The translations under genes and the position numbers were made by a program. Under the pieces are notes generated by a model that searched no databases, was not told where the DNA came from, and worked only from the letters and a program-made list of their open reading frames with translations. DNA of 63,955 nucleotides, filler included. It is 9 parts of 9 records of this genome, joined end to end, with 100 filler letters (N's around TTAATTAATTAA, not from the genome) between each part and the next. Parts side by side here need not be neighbours in the genome. Positions count along the whole stretch, not along the records: positions 1 to 7,310 come from SRR31147125_71411; positions 7,411 to 19,306 come from SRR31147125_71520; 7 more parts are not named here. One strand, written 5' to 3'. Shown piece by piece: positions 1-10,137 of this stretch; within the stretch, counting starts at the first letter, position 1, and each line of letters begins with the position of its first letter.

Positions 1-974
1 AAAGGCTTTTTCCACCATTTGAGTGATGGGTTCATGGAGACAGGTTTCTTGCAGGCGTATTGAACGTATACCTCCAGATGATCCTGCAGATTCTCTCCAA
101 CACCGGGGAGATCGTGAATCACATCGATTCCGAGTGATTGCAGCTCTTGTCTGTTGCCAACTCCGGAGAGCTGAAGAATTTGGGGCGAGTTGATGGAGCC
201 GCCGCAACAGACGGTCTCCTTGGCATAGACCTTTTCCGGCGTTCCGTTTTTGCCTTTACAGTACTCCACCCCCACGGCCCGTTTTCCTTCAAATAGAATC
301 CGTGTGGTATGGGCACGGCATTGAATGGTCAGGTTGGGACGATTCTTTTTGACGGGATGAACATAGGCACGGGCCGCACTCAAGCGTCTGGCGCGGGATA
401 TATTTCGATCGAATGTCCCGAATCCTTCCTGTTGATAGCCATTGACATCGTCGGTCAGGGGATATCCGGCCTGCTCACCGGCTTTTAGAAATGCATCGAA
501 CAGCGGGTTTGCACAAGGGCCGGTTTCCAGAAGAAGCGGACCGTTGACACCGTGATATTCGTCGGCACCGATCAGACGGTTTTCCGCACGTTTGAAGTAG
601 GGGAGACAGTGGGCGTAATCCCAGTTTTCCATGCCGGGTTGCTTGGCCCATTTCTCGTAATCCATGGCATTCCCACGGATGTAGATCATCCCGTTGATAC
701 TGCTGGAGCCGCCTAAAACCTTACCTCTGGCATGTTCAATGCGACGATTGTGCATATTGGGTTCCTCTTCCGACTCATAGCACCAATCATACAGCTTGCT
801 TCCAATGGGATAGGTGAGGGCCGCCGGCATGTGGATGAATACATCCCATATATAATCCGGTCGTCCGGCTTCAAGGACAAGCACTTTGTTGGCAGGGTTT
901 GCACTGAGTCTGTTGGCAAGCACACATCCGGCGGATCCGCCGCCGATGACGATAAAATCGTACTGGTTTTTCAT
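1..974 (-). CDS. betA: Choline dehydrogenase (GMC oxidoreductase), 3' end truncated by the window edge; absent from the ORF track
   Basis: Manual translation from ATG at 974 (AAGGAG upstream): MKNQYDFIVIGGGSAGCVLANRLS...VLEAG...IHMPAALTYP...ARGKVLGGSSSINGMIYIRGNAMDYEKW. This carries the FAD-binding and GMC signatures typical of BetA. Confidence 0.88.
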   Translation of the reverse strand, partial: MKNQYDFIVIGGGSAGCVLANRLSANPANKVLVLEAGRPDYIWDVFIHMPAALTYPIGSKLYDWCYESEEEPNMHNRRIEHARGKVLGGSSSINGMIYIRGNAMDYEKWAKQPGMENWDYAHCLPYFKRAENRLIGADEYHGVNGPLLLETGPCANPLFDAFLKAGEQAGYPLTDDVNGYQQEGFGTFDRNISRARRLSAARAYVHPVKKNRPNLTIQCRAHTTRILFEGKRAVGVEYCKGKNGTPEKVYAKETVCCGGSINSPQILQLSGVGNRQELQSLGIDVIHDLPGVGENLQDHLEVYVQYACKKPVSMNPSLKWWKKP

Positions 975-1210
975 TTCACATGCTCCTTAAGATGGTTCAA
1001 GGTCATCCAAGCAATCGCCTGCGACAACGAAGCCGGTGTCGCAAGTCGAATCTGTTGTCATTATTTAATCGAGAAAATCAATTGTATTTTTATATTTCGG
1101 GGCGATGAACAGATCATCATCCGAGCATCGTCATGCGGTTTGGGCGAATTCCCGATTGCCGATCTTAAGGTGTACTGCGATTTGAATGTTAAGCAGGCGC
1201 TTAAGGCCGT

Positions 1211-1870
1211 TTAGCGGTTGAATTCACCTGTGGTCATGGCAATCAGCCCGTCTGCAAGGTCTTCAATACGGATGGTGCCTCCTCTGAGCAGGGCCTGGAT
1301 TGCGGACCCTTGCAGTGCGGCAATGAAGCAGATTCCGGCAGCCCGTCCCGCAGGATTGTCTTGAAACCGTGTCAGGGCGTTTTCAAATGCATTCACAAAT
1401 CGATCATAGGCACTCTGGATGTTGACGATCACCGGAGGCCGAATGCCGCTGAACTCCGCAGAGAGGGATGTCAGTCCGATGATGGAGTCGGGATCGGCAT
1501 GATAGCGCGCCACAAAGATATCCACCAACCCCCGGATCATTCCGGGATAGTCTTCATGGACCCCTTCAAGATAGGTGATGTAAGGCTCCAGTTGAGAGCT
1601 GAGTTCCTTTACCACTTCGTCCAGAATATCCTGCTTGGAGTTAAAGTGGTGAAATACCGCACCGGTGGTCATCTCAATATGATACGCGATATCCTGTATG
1701 GTGGTTTTGTGGTATCCCAACCGGGCAAACAGGTGAATCGCCGCATCCATGATTTTTTTTCGGGTGGCAATTCGCTTGGCCGCTTTTTTATTCAATGGCT
1801 CTTTTTTTGTTTCCGCCTTACGGGGGTGGTCATCCCGTTCCGTTATCCGCTTTTTTCCCGTCTCGTTCAT
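1211..1870 (-). CDS. TetR/AcrR family transcriptional regulator
   Basis: TRKKIMDAAIHLFARLGYHKTTIQDIA...TTGAVFHHFNSKQDIL HTH; overlaps the AOR 3' end. Confidence 0.92.
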   Translation of the reverse strand: MNETGKKRITERDDHPRKAETKKEPLNKKAAKRIATRKKIMDAAIHLFARLGYHKTTIQDIAYHIEMTTGAVFHHFNSKQDILDEVVKELSSQLEPYITYLEGVHEDYPGMIRGLVDIFVARYHADPDSIIGLTSLSAEFSGIRPPVIVNIQSAYDRFVNAFENALTRFQDNPAGRAAGICFIAALQGSAIQALLRGGTIRIEDLADGLIAMTTGEFNR

Positions 1871-3824
1871 GCCTGATCCTTAACCGTTTCAGGGTGTCTT
1901 GAAGCGGAACGCCCGCTTCATTCCATCCTCTGATGTGATAATATCTCTGTTTCATATATAACATATCAGCTTCAGAAATACTATGTCCGGCAGAAGGACC
2001 GTCCGGAAGCGGCTCTTTTACGAATCGTCTGGGGAGTGTGTCGTGTGATGCATCAATTCCTTGCATGAGGTTGAAACGCCTTACCAGATTCCAGATCCGC
2101 TCGCCGGTTTCGTGGATCATTTCCGGAGTGAACGGGCGACCTGTGGCGGCACTGACAAGTTCGGCATAGGTCTCTTCGGAGATGCCGAAACTGCCGAAGT
2201 CGCATTTCACCAATGTGTCGGTACCGGCGGCATAATTTTGGAGCGATGCCACCATGTCGGCCTTGTTCTTGGGGGAGAGGGGATCCAACACCGTTCCTTT
2301 CCAGGGTTCCCCGGCCACTTCATAACCGATGGGAAATCCCCGCTGATGACACCCGCCGCGGTCCGTGGTCATGTAAGCGAGTCCCATACCTGATGCACCT
2401 CTGGGACCCCATCCCGGTGTCTCCAGCCCTTTGGTATGCATGGCAAAGTCAGAAGCGGTGCCACCAATGATTTCAGCCGCTTTTTTCACCCCTTTGGACA
2501 TCAGTCTGCCTAAATCATCCGTTTGGAAGGCCATGGCACGGATCAGGTATTCCGCTCCTTGAACACTACCAAAAGTGAGGGAAATACCTTCAGGCAGGTT
2601 GAACCGATTCAGCATCCCTTTTTCAAAAGCCTCCATGGCAAAGCCGATGACCGATCCCGAGGACATACTGTCCATTCCGAACCGATCACACAGTTTTACC
2701 AGATGGGCAACGGCCCGGATATCGGCAATATCCAGATTGGATCCCATCAGGGCGGCAGACTCATACTCCACAATATCGGTGACGATGCCTTTGTATTTCC
2801 CCAGCCGAACCGCTCCCATTTTGCTGCAACGGATGGGACATCCCATGCAAGCCGATGCACCGAGCCAGAGATGTTTCTTCTGACCCGTATCTGCCAGGTT
2901 GGAGGCATTGGCAAATGTTCCGTTTTTGTAGTTTCGATTGGGGAGCAGACCGGTTTCGTTGGCCCAATCCACGGCAGATGCGGTTCCCGCCACCCGCAAA
3001 GCCTCGACTTCAGCACTCTTTTCAAGTTCTTTTAGGGCCTTTTGATGAGCGGCTTCGAAGGCTTTTGGATCGGCGACCTTCACCCGATGGGTCCCGCGTA
3101 CGGCAATGGCTTTGAGATTCTTGGATCCCATGACCGCACCGGCCCCGCCGCGTCCGGCCTGTCGATTGTATTCACAGCAAATAAGAGCGAATTCGACGCC
3201 GTTTTCACCGGCTTGACCAATGGAAGCGATTTTTACGGTATCGTCCTCAAGGGTTTCTTTTATGGCATGGTTGGCCTCCAGAGCATCCATGCCCCACAAT
3301 TTTGATGCGCTTCGGAGTTCTACGGTGTCGTTATCAATGTGTATCCAGGAAGGTTCTGCTGCTTTTCCGGTGATGACGATTCCGTCGTATCCGGCATATT
3401 TGATCTCCGGGGAGAGAGAGCCGCCGAAATAGCTGTCTAAAAAGATTCCGGTGAGGGGAGACCGGGTCACGACACAGCCTCTCATGGCCGGTGCTATGGT
3501 TCCGGTCAAAGGGCCGGTCATAAACATGAGAGGGATTTCATCAGGGGAATCCGACTGCTTTTCATCTATCTTTTTTTGATCTGTTCCACTCGGTTGATAC
3601 GTTGGTGGCGGCGTTAGTGATGGCGATGGCACCGGCATAGGGGATGATATGGGATTATCGTCGCCGGTCAAGTGATTGTAAAGCAGACGTGCACCAAATC
3701 CTTTCCCGCCGATATAGTCGTTCACAAGGGATTCGGGAAGGGGGACGCGATGGACGGTACCGATGGAGAGATCAATGACGAGCAGTTGTCCCATGTATGG
3801 TGCCGGGGCGATAAAATCATTCAT
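1830..3824 (-). CDS. aor: Aldehyde:ferredoxin oxidoreductase family protein (tungstopterin/4Fe-4S)
   Basis: YIGGKGFG, RSPLTG, GRGGAGAVMGSKNLKAI, CxxCPIRC, EYE and TDRGGCH motifs. The likely start is ATG 3824 after AAGGAG. Confidence 0.92.
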   Translation of the reverse strand: MNDFIAPAPYMGQLLVIDLSIGTVHRVPLPESLVNDYIGGKGFGARLLYNHLTGDDNPISSPMPVPSPSLTPPPTYQPSGTDQKKIDEKQSDSPDEIPLMFMTGPLTGTIAPAMRGCVVTRSPLTGIFLDSYFGGSLSPEIKYAGYDGIVITGKAAEPSWIHIDNDTVELRSASKLWGMDALEANHAIKETLEDDTVKIASIGQAGENGVEFALICCEYNRQAGRGGAGAVMGSKNLKAIAVRGTHRVKVADPKAFEAAHQKALKELEKSAEVEALRVAGTASAVDWANETGLLPNRNYKNGTFANASNLADTGQKKHLWLGASACMGCPIRCSKMGAVRLGKYKGIVTDIVEYESAALMGSNLDIADIRAVAHLVKLCDRFGMDSMSSGSVIGFAMEAFEKGMLNRFNLPEGISLTFGSVQGAEYLIRAMAFQTDDLGRLMSKGVKKAAEIIGGTASDFAMHTKGLETPGWGPRGASGMGLAYMTTDRGGCHQRGFPIGYEVAGEPWKGTVLDPLSPKNKADMVASLQNYAAGTDTLVKCDFGSFGISEETYAELVSAATGRPFTPEMIHETGERIWNLVRRFNLMQGIDASHDTLPRRFVKEPLPDGPSAGHSISEADMLYMKQRYYHIRGWNEAGVPLQDTLKRLRIRHERDGKKADNGTG

Positions 3825-4338
3825 TGGTTTTCTCCTTTGATATCTTTTTCTCATTTGTCGTCGCGATACCGTTTCTTTCCACTTCCACTCTCTCGGCTGC
3901 TTCCAGAGCGCCGGTCGGGCAAGCCTTTATACAAACAGGATCCCCATTGCAAAGATTGCATTTTATAGCCTTTTTTATTTCCGGATCGAGATAAATGAGA
4001 CCCTCTGGACAATATTTAACACACAGGCCGCATCCCACACATTTATCGGGATTGATCAACACCGTACCGTTATCGTCTTTTTCGTATGCATTGGCAGGGC
4101 AGACATTCATGCAATATGCATTTTCGCACTGATTACAGACCACCGGCTTGTGGTAAAGATTTTCTCGCTTATGGATGATTTTCAGTCGAGAAAGTCTTGG
4201 ATTGTATCCCGGAAGTTCTTCAATTGTTGAAGATGTCTTTGTCGACAGAGTCGTCAAAGAGAGTGCCATGGAGCAGGCAAGTTGGCAGATTCCACACCCG
4301 GTGCATTGATCAAAATTGGTTTTTATGAAAATGCCCAT
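3817..4338 (-). CDS. 4Fe-4S dicluster protein (AOR-associated Fe-S subunit)
   Basis: CTGCGICQLAC, CNQCENAYCMNVCP, CVGCGLCVKYCP and CNLCNGDPVCIKACP; overlaps the AOR start. Confidence 0.92.
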   Translation of the reverse strand: MGIFIKTNFDQCTGCGICQLACSMALSLTTLSTKTSSTIEELPGYNPRLSRLKIIHKRENLYHKPVVCNQCENAYCMNVCPANAYEKDDNGTVLINPDKCVGCGLCVKYCPEGLIYLDPEIKKAIKCNLCNGDPVCIKACPTGALEAAERVEVERNGIATTNEKKISKEKTNE

Positions 4339-4379
4339 ATTTAAAATTCCCTTAAATTTCAAAATGATTTTTGATTGAT

Positions 4380-4494
4380 ATCACATAGTATGTACTATGT
4401 AAATGATTTTTTTGTCGATTTTTGTTTTTTATTGCTTTTCACAAAACAGTGTGCTATGGAAAAAGCTACACATCACATATTACGTACTATGTAA
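4380..4494. promoter_or_regulatory. Two copies of a palindromic operator in the divergent AOR/ABC promoter region
   Basis: ATCACATAGTATGTACTATGTAA (4380-4402) and ATCACATATTACGTACTATGTAA (4472-4494); core ACATAGTA-N2-TACTATGT. Confidence 0.75.
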
Positions 4495-4540
4495 TAGAAA
4501 AAATGTTCACACTTCAACCCGAAGGAAGGAACAGCCTACC

Positions 4541-5248
4541 ATGCTTGAGATTAAGAAGGTCACCAAGAAATTTGGTGAGTTGACTGCTGTTAATAACTTG
4601 AGCTTCACCGTAGAAAAGGGGCAGGTATTTGGAATTGCCGGTCCCAATGGCGCAGGGAAATCCACGTTATATAATTTGATTACGGGACTATACTCTTTTG
4701 AGGGCTCCATTAAGTTTGAAGGGGAGGAAATTCGCAGATTTCCCTCTCACAAGATTGCCAAGTTGGGGATTTCCAGGACGTTTCAAATCCCCCAGACCTT
4801 TCCCAGTTTGACGGTGGCAAAAAGTATTGAAATCGGGAACTATTTCGGCAGTGATAAGTTTGATGCCGCCTATGTCGACGAGATTTTGAATTTTGTCAAT
4901 CTTTACGATAAGCGTGATGAGAACACGGGACAACTCAAACTGCTGGATAAAAAGATGCTGATGATCGGTGCGGCCCTGGCGACCCGTCCCAAAATCCTGA
5001 TGCTGGACGAACCCATGGCCGGCTCCAATTCCAAGGAGATCCTGAGTCTTATGAATCTTATCAAGCGGATCAACAGCGATATGGGGATTGGAATCATCAT
5101 CATCGAGCACTTCATGAAGGTGCTGACGGAATTGACGGAAAAACTTCTGATCATTGAAACCGGAACGGAAATCTGTTGCGGAGATCCCCTTGAGGTGACC
5201 AGTGACCCCAGGGTCATCGAATGTTATTTAGGTGACGGCCATGCTTGA
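4541..5248 (+). CDS. Branched-chain amino acid-type ABC transporter ATPase (LivG-like)
   Basis: GPNGAGKST Walker A, RTFQ, MLDEPMAG, IEH. ATG 4541 follows an AGGA RBS. Confidence 0.9.
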   Translation: MLEIKKVTKKFGELTAVNNLSFTVEKGQVFGIAGPNGAGKSTLYNLITGLYSFEGSIKFEGEEIRRFPSHKIAKLGISRTFQIPQTFPSLTVAKSIEIGNYFGSDKFDAAYVDEILNFVNLYDKRDENTGQLKLLDKKMLMIGAALATRPKILMLDEPMAGSNSKEILSLMNLIKRINSDMGIGIIIIEHFMKVLTELTEKLLIIETGTEICCGDPLEVTSDPRVIECYLGDGHA

Positions 5249-5945
5249 AATCACTAATTTGAATGCCTATTACGACGACTTTCATGTGTTGAAAGATATC
5301 TCCATGACCATTGAAAAGGGCGAAATTATCGTCATGCTCGGCCCCAACGGCCATGGAAAAAGCACGTTTCTCAAATCCATCTGCGGCCTGGTATCGAAAA
5401 ACATGGGACGCATGGTTTATAACGGTGAAAATATTCTGGGATTGGGCGCGGAAAAGCTCGTGAATATGGGAATCACCTATATTGCTGAAAACAGAGAGCT
5501 TTTTCCGGAGATGACCGTTCTTGAGAATTTGAAACTGGGGGCCTACTCCAAGACGGCCCGTCCCCATGAGGCACGTAATCTGGAAAATGTCTTTTCTCTT
5601 TTTCCACGCCTCAAGGAGCGCACCAACCAGTTGGCCAGCACCATGAGCGGCGGTGAAGCCCGTATGCTTGCCATTGCAAGGGGGTTGATGTCCAATGCCG
5701 ATTTTTTAGCCATTGACGAACCGTCATTGGGGCTTCAGCCCAATCTTCGGGACGAAGTGGCAAGGATCATCAAAGAGATCAACAACCAGGGGATCACGGT
5801 GCTGGTGGTGGAGCAGAATATCCCTCAAATTACGGAACTTGCCCATCGATTATATGTCCTGGAGGAGGGACACATCACCTTTGAAGGCAGTAAGGACGAA
5901 GCCCTGGGCAATGACCATCTCAGAGAGATTTTTCTCGGTATGTAG
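5241..5945 (+). CDS. ABC transporter ATPase (LivF-like)
   Basis: GPNGHGKST, MSGGEARMLAIARGLM, DEPSLGL, VEQN. Confidence 0.9.
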   Translation: MLEITNLNAYYDDFHVLKDISMTIEKGEIIVMLGPNGHGKSTFLKSICGLVSKNMGRMVYNGENILGLGAEKLVNMGITYIAENRELFPEMTVLENLKLGAYSKTARPHEARNLENVFSLFPRLKERTNQLASTMSGGEARMLAIARGLMSNADFLAIDEPSLGLQPNLRDEVARIIKEINNQGITVLVVEQNIPQITELAHRLYVLEEGHITFEGSKDEALGNDHLREIFLGM

Positions 5946-6042
5946 TGGATGCTCGGTTGTGGTCGATCTCCAAATGTGAAGGCTATTGCGGCGTATCAGG
6001 GAATGGTGCACAAGCATTAGCGGAAAAAGAGAGAGGAATAGA

Positions 6043-6915
6043 ATGTTAGTAGAGATTATCGACGTCATCATCAGTGGGATGATCAACGGATCGGTCTATG
6101 CCTTGATGGCCGTGGGATTGACCCTGATTTACGGCGTATCCAAAGCGTTTAATTTTGCCTACGGTTCGTTTTACAGTATGGGTGGGTATCTGGCATGGAT
6201 CGCCTTTAGTGTCGCAGTGTTAAACAGTTATGTGTTGGTTTTCATTCTTGCCGTACCGATTTTGCTTGGTTTAGGGTACCTCATTGAAAAACTTCTGGTG
6301 GCCCCTTTGAGAAAGCGGGATGACTGGGAGATCAAGGTGATGATGATCACCTTGGGTCTTGCCCTCTTTCTGGACAACTCCTATCAGGTGATTTTCGGAG
6401 CTCGGATGAAGTCCCTTCCCTCCATTTTGGATGGGGCCATCGAAATGGGAGAATTCATTTTGGCCTATCAGGATATCGTCATTTTCATCCTCTCCATTGG
6501 CGGCATTTTGCTCTTTCGCTGGTTTCTCAACAATACCCGAACCGGTATGTCCGTGCGGGCCGTGGCTCAGAATCCCGCCGGTGCCCAAATTGTGGGTATC
6601 CCCAAGGAATCTGTCTTTTCCGCTACATTTGCCATTTCCACTGTGATGGTGGGGACCGGCGGGATTCTATTGGCGCAAAAATATTTTGTCACCCCTACAG
6701 GGGGATGGGATATTTTGGTCAAGGCATGGGTCATTACGGCATTCGGCGGTATGGGAAGTATCAAAGGAAGTCTCTATGCGGCGTTCATTCTGGGAATGCT
6801 GGAAGCGTTCGTGGGGTGGTATTTCGGCATGACCTGGGTGTTGATCGCTTTATTTGCAGTACTTCTGACGACCTTGGCAATACGTCCCCAGGGTCTCATG
6901 GGAAAATGGGGGTAA
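6043..6915 (+). CDS. ABC transporter permease (LivH-like)
   Basis: GSVYALMAVGLTLIYGV...FNFAYG, GGMGSIKG, IRPQGLMG. Confidence 0.9.
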   Translation: MLVEIIDVIISGMINGSVYALMAVGLTLIYGVSKAFNFAYGSFYSMGGYLAWIAFSVAVLNSYVLVFILAVPILLGLGYLIEKLLVAPLRKRDDWEIKVMMITLGLALFLDNSYQVIFGARMKSLPSILDGAIEMGEFILAYQDIVIFILSIGGILLFRWFLNNTRTGMSVRAVAQNPAGAQIVGIPKESVFSATFAISTVMVGTGGILLAQKYFVTPTGGWDILVKAWVITAFGGMGSIKGSLYAAFILGMLEAFVGWYFGMTWVLIALFAVLLTTLAIRPQGLMGKWG

Positions 6916-6919
6916 TGGT

Positions 6920-7310
6920 ATGGACTTGGATTTCAAACGTAATTCGCAGCTTTTAGCGGTTATTTTCGGTATTATCGGGATGTTGCCCCTCTTTTACGGC
7001 GGCACCGATCATATCATGCATATATTGATCATGTGTCTCATCTGGTCGGTGGTGGCATCCTGCTGGGATCTGATCATGGGGTTTGCCGGGATTTTCTCTT
7101 TTGGGCAGGTGGCATTTTTCGTCATCGGTTCCTATGCCTCGGCCATCATTTCAGCGAAATTCGGTGTTCCACCCATTTTTTCCGTTTTCTTGGCAGGACT
7201 CGTAGCAGCCGGATTGGGGGTTCTGGTGGGGCTTCCCTGTCTCAAACTCAAAGGCGCTTACATCGCCCTCGTTACCTTTGCCGTGCATATGATTTTGGAT
7301 CCGGTTCTCA
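6920..7310 (+). CDS. ABC transporter permease (LivM-like), truncated at contig end
   Basis: WDLIMGFAGIFSFGQVAFF, LKLKGAYIALVT. Confidence 0.85.
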
Positions 7311-7410
7311 NNNNNNNNNNNNNNNNNNNNNNNNNNNNNNNNNNNNNNNNNNNNTTAATTAATTAANNNNNNNNNNNNNNNNNNNNNNNNNNNNNNNNNN
7401 NNNNNNNNNN
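7311..7410. other. Artificial contig spacer (N run with TTAATTAATTAA). The same spacer occurs at 19307-19406, 26461-26560, 32360-32459, 40693-40792, 47081-47180, 53081-53180 and 58722-58821.
   Basis: Identical 100-nt structure with stops in all six frames; genes are truncated and base composition changes across each spacer. Confidence 0.98.
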
Positions 7411-9331
7411 GGCGTATTCATCATCGTTGCCGAAGAAGGGCGTCTTGTTGATGATTGTCTGGCGCAGGAACTCGTCCCCTTCAAAATTGTTACTCACCGC
7501 GGTCAGGACCCGATCCATGGAGAAGTTCTGCTCATCGAAGACATGTTTCTTCAGGGCAGACAGACTGTCGGTGACGGTCCCGAGTCCAGTGCACTGGATA
7601 TAGTTGGTATTGTAGCGGGCCGCTGTCGTAGTAATCGCGACCTTTTTTGATGCAATCATCGATGACGACCGAGAGGAACGGCGCCGGCGCATATTTGGCG
7701 AACATCCGGTCGATGTAGTTGCTGACCCGGATCTTGGTATCGACGATGTAATCGAGCTGACACTTGAAGGCGTTGTACAGTTCTTCGTAGCTCGTGAACC
7801 TTCGCGGATCTCCGGTGGCTGTTCCGGCAACTTTACCGGTGACCGGGTCGATGCCATTGTTCAGGGTGATTTCGAAGACCTTGGGCACATTGAGGTAGCC
7901 GGTCAGGATAAATGCTTCTTTACCGAAAGCGCCGACCTCGATGCAGCCGCTGCAACCCCCTTCACGGGCATCCCGCAAAGTTTTTCCCTGGCGCATCATT
8001 TCAACGACGTAAACATCCGGATTAAAAACCGAAGGATACCCATGCCCCTGGCGGATGACCTTACAGGCCGCCTCAAGGAAACGATCCGGAGTTTTACTGC
8101 TGACATGAACCGAGCTGCCCGGTTGCAGGACGTGCAACTCTTCAACGATTTCAAGCATGATGTAGGAGACTTCGCTGACCCCATCTTTGCCATCCGATGC
8201 AATTCCGCCGATGTTGATGTTGGTGAAGTCGTTGTAGGTTCCGCTCTCACGGGCGGTGATGCCAACCTTGGGCGGTGCCGGGTGGTTGTTGACCTTGACC
8301 CAGAAACAGCTGAGCAGCTCCTTGGCCTGCTCGCGGGTCAGGTTACCCGATTCGATCTCGGCATTGTAGAACGGAGCCAAGTGCTGATCGAAGTGTCCGG
8401 GGTTCATGGCATCCCAGCCGTTTAACTCGGTGATCGTTCCCAAATGCACAAACCAGTACACCTGGATCGCTTCCCAGAAGGTTCGTGGTTTGTGGGCCGG
8501 AACATGACGACAGACTTCGGCGATCTTCAGCAGCTCACTTTTCCGCTGGGAATCACTTTGCTCCTGCGCTTTCTGTTCGGCCAGTTCGGCATGGCGTTCA
8601 GCGAAAAGAATGACGGCGTCACAGGAAATATCCATCGCCTTGAGCTCTTCCAGCTTGTCGGTGGCTTCCGGGTCGTTGAGGAAGTCCAGGTTGTCAATTT
8701 CAGTCTGAATCTCGGCTTTGAAATCGAGCATCCCCTTCTGGTAGAGCTGTGGTCCCATGACCGTGTGGCCCGGAGCGCGCTGCTCCATAAATTCGGTAAA
8801 CAGACCCGCCTCATAGGCCGCGCTCCATTCATCCGGGACGTGACTGAAAATCCGCTCGCGAATGGTTTTTCCCTGCCAGTAGGGAATGACCTCACGCTCG
8901 TATGTGTCGATATCCTCCTGGCTGATGGTATAGCGCTGCTGATCGCGGCTGTTCAGGACATGAAAGTCCTCAACACTGTGGCAGGTCAGTTCCGGGAAGG
9001 TTGGAACCACTTTCGGTGCAGGGCCGCGTTCGCCGACAATCAGCTCATCGTCTCCGAGGTAGAGCGTCTTCTTCTTGCAGTGGTCGAGAAAGTTCATCAG
9101 CCGCAGCACCGGGATCGAATACTTGCCGTAGTTTTCTTTGTAAAAGGCTGTTTCGTGCAGGGCGCGTTCGATCGACAGACTCGGCTCGGTGTCGACGCTC
9201 AGCTTGCGCAGTCTTTGAATGCGGGCATTCATCCCGGGGCCGATGGCTGTGTCGGATGCGTTGTAGAAGTTGCCCTCGGCGCAGGCGGGGCGCTCCGGCG
9301 TATGGTTTTTGCTGTTGATCTGTTCAAACAT
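7411..9331 (-). CDS. hypD: Glycyl radical enzyme, trans-4-hydroxy-L-proline dehydratase-like; frameshift near 7617, truncated at contig end
   Basis: FTEFMEQRAPGHT, ELNGWDA, PAPPKVGIT, ESGTYNDF and SGCIEVGAFGKEA match HypD motifs. The reading continues in another frame as RYNTNYIQCTGLGTVTDSL. Confidence 0.82.
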
Positions 9332-9682
9332 GACGGCTGCTCCTGTTCAGTACAAATAAAAGGCTGATTTCATGGGGAAATCAATACATCCCGACAGGGC
9401 GAACGCTGCTTATGCCCTGAAGGGTTCTTCTGCCTGTACGATGAGGTGGAGAGCTAGTGGTACAGCATGGAGCAGTTGTACAGTTTCCTGTAGGTTCTGC
9501 AGAGTGAGCGGATGATCAATGGCCTGTTCATAGTCTGTTCCTGATCGTTATCCAGAGGATTGGATAAAATGTCAGAGAATCAATGGTTAACATCACCATT
9601 ATACGCTTTTTTCGAAGGCCGGACAAGAGGATTGTGGTTTTTGTCGTCCGTCAGGCGTTGTTGTCCAGACGTGGGGAACGGG

Positions 9683-10063
9683 TCAGGATGTCTCGCGATC
9701 AATCACCTTCCTGACGGCGAACCAGTTGATCAGAAGGATAACTGCCAGCCCGAGAACGGTTCCACCTTCAACCATCAGATTCTGGACCCCGTTTCTGAAC
9801 GTATCCATGGCAAATACTCCGAAAAGGCAGGCCGCGATCACAAAATCGGCCTTGGGCGCCCAGGCTGCGCGCGTGCGCCAGGCCCAGCTGAGGATGTAGA
9901 CATTGAACAGCCCATAACCGCCGATGACGTAGGCGAAACTCTCCAGCCAGGACGATGCGTCCGGGCTGAATTTGACGTTGACAGCGTAAAAAACAAAAAG
10001 GAAGGACGTGATCAGGCTGAAAAGCGCGTACCCGTAAGTGATCAGCTTATCTTGAGTTTTCAT
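9683..10063 (-). CDS. Hypothetical 4-TM membrane protein
   Basis: Four hydrophobic segments; last gene of a co-directional run. Confidence 0.6.
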   Translation of the reverse strand: MKTQDKLITYGYALFSLITSFLFVFYAVNVKFSPDASSWLESFAYVIGGYGLFNVYILSWAWRTRAAWAPKADFVIAACLFGVFAMDTFRNGVQNLMVEGGTVLGLAVILLINWFAVRKVIDRETS

Positions 10064-10137
10064 AAGGGCCTCGTTCAAGGGGGTGGAAAGGCGATAGCCA
10101 GAGGTTAGCAAAAAACGTTTGAAAACCAAAGGCCCTT

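Noticed and set aside
8444-9367. Long antisense ORFs (also 43144-43923, 44465-45610, 732-1214 and similar)
   Set aside because: They are shadows of well-supported genes on the opposite strand in GC-rich DNA and have no recognisable motifs.
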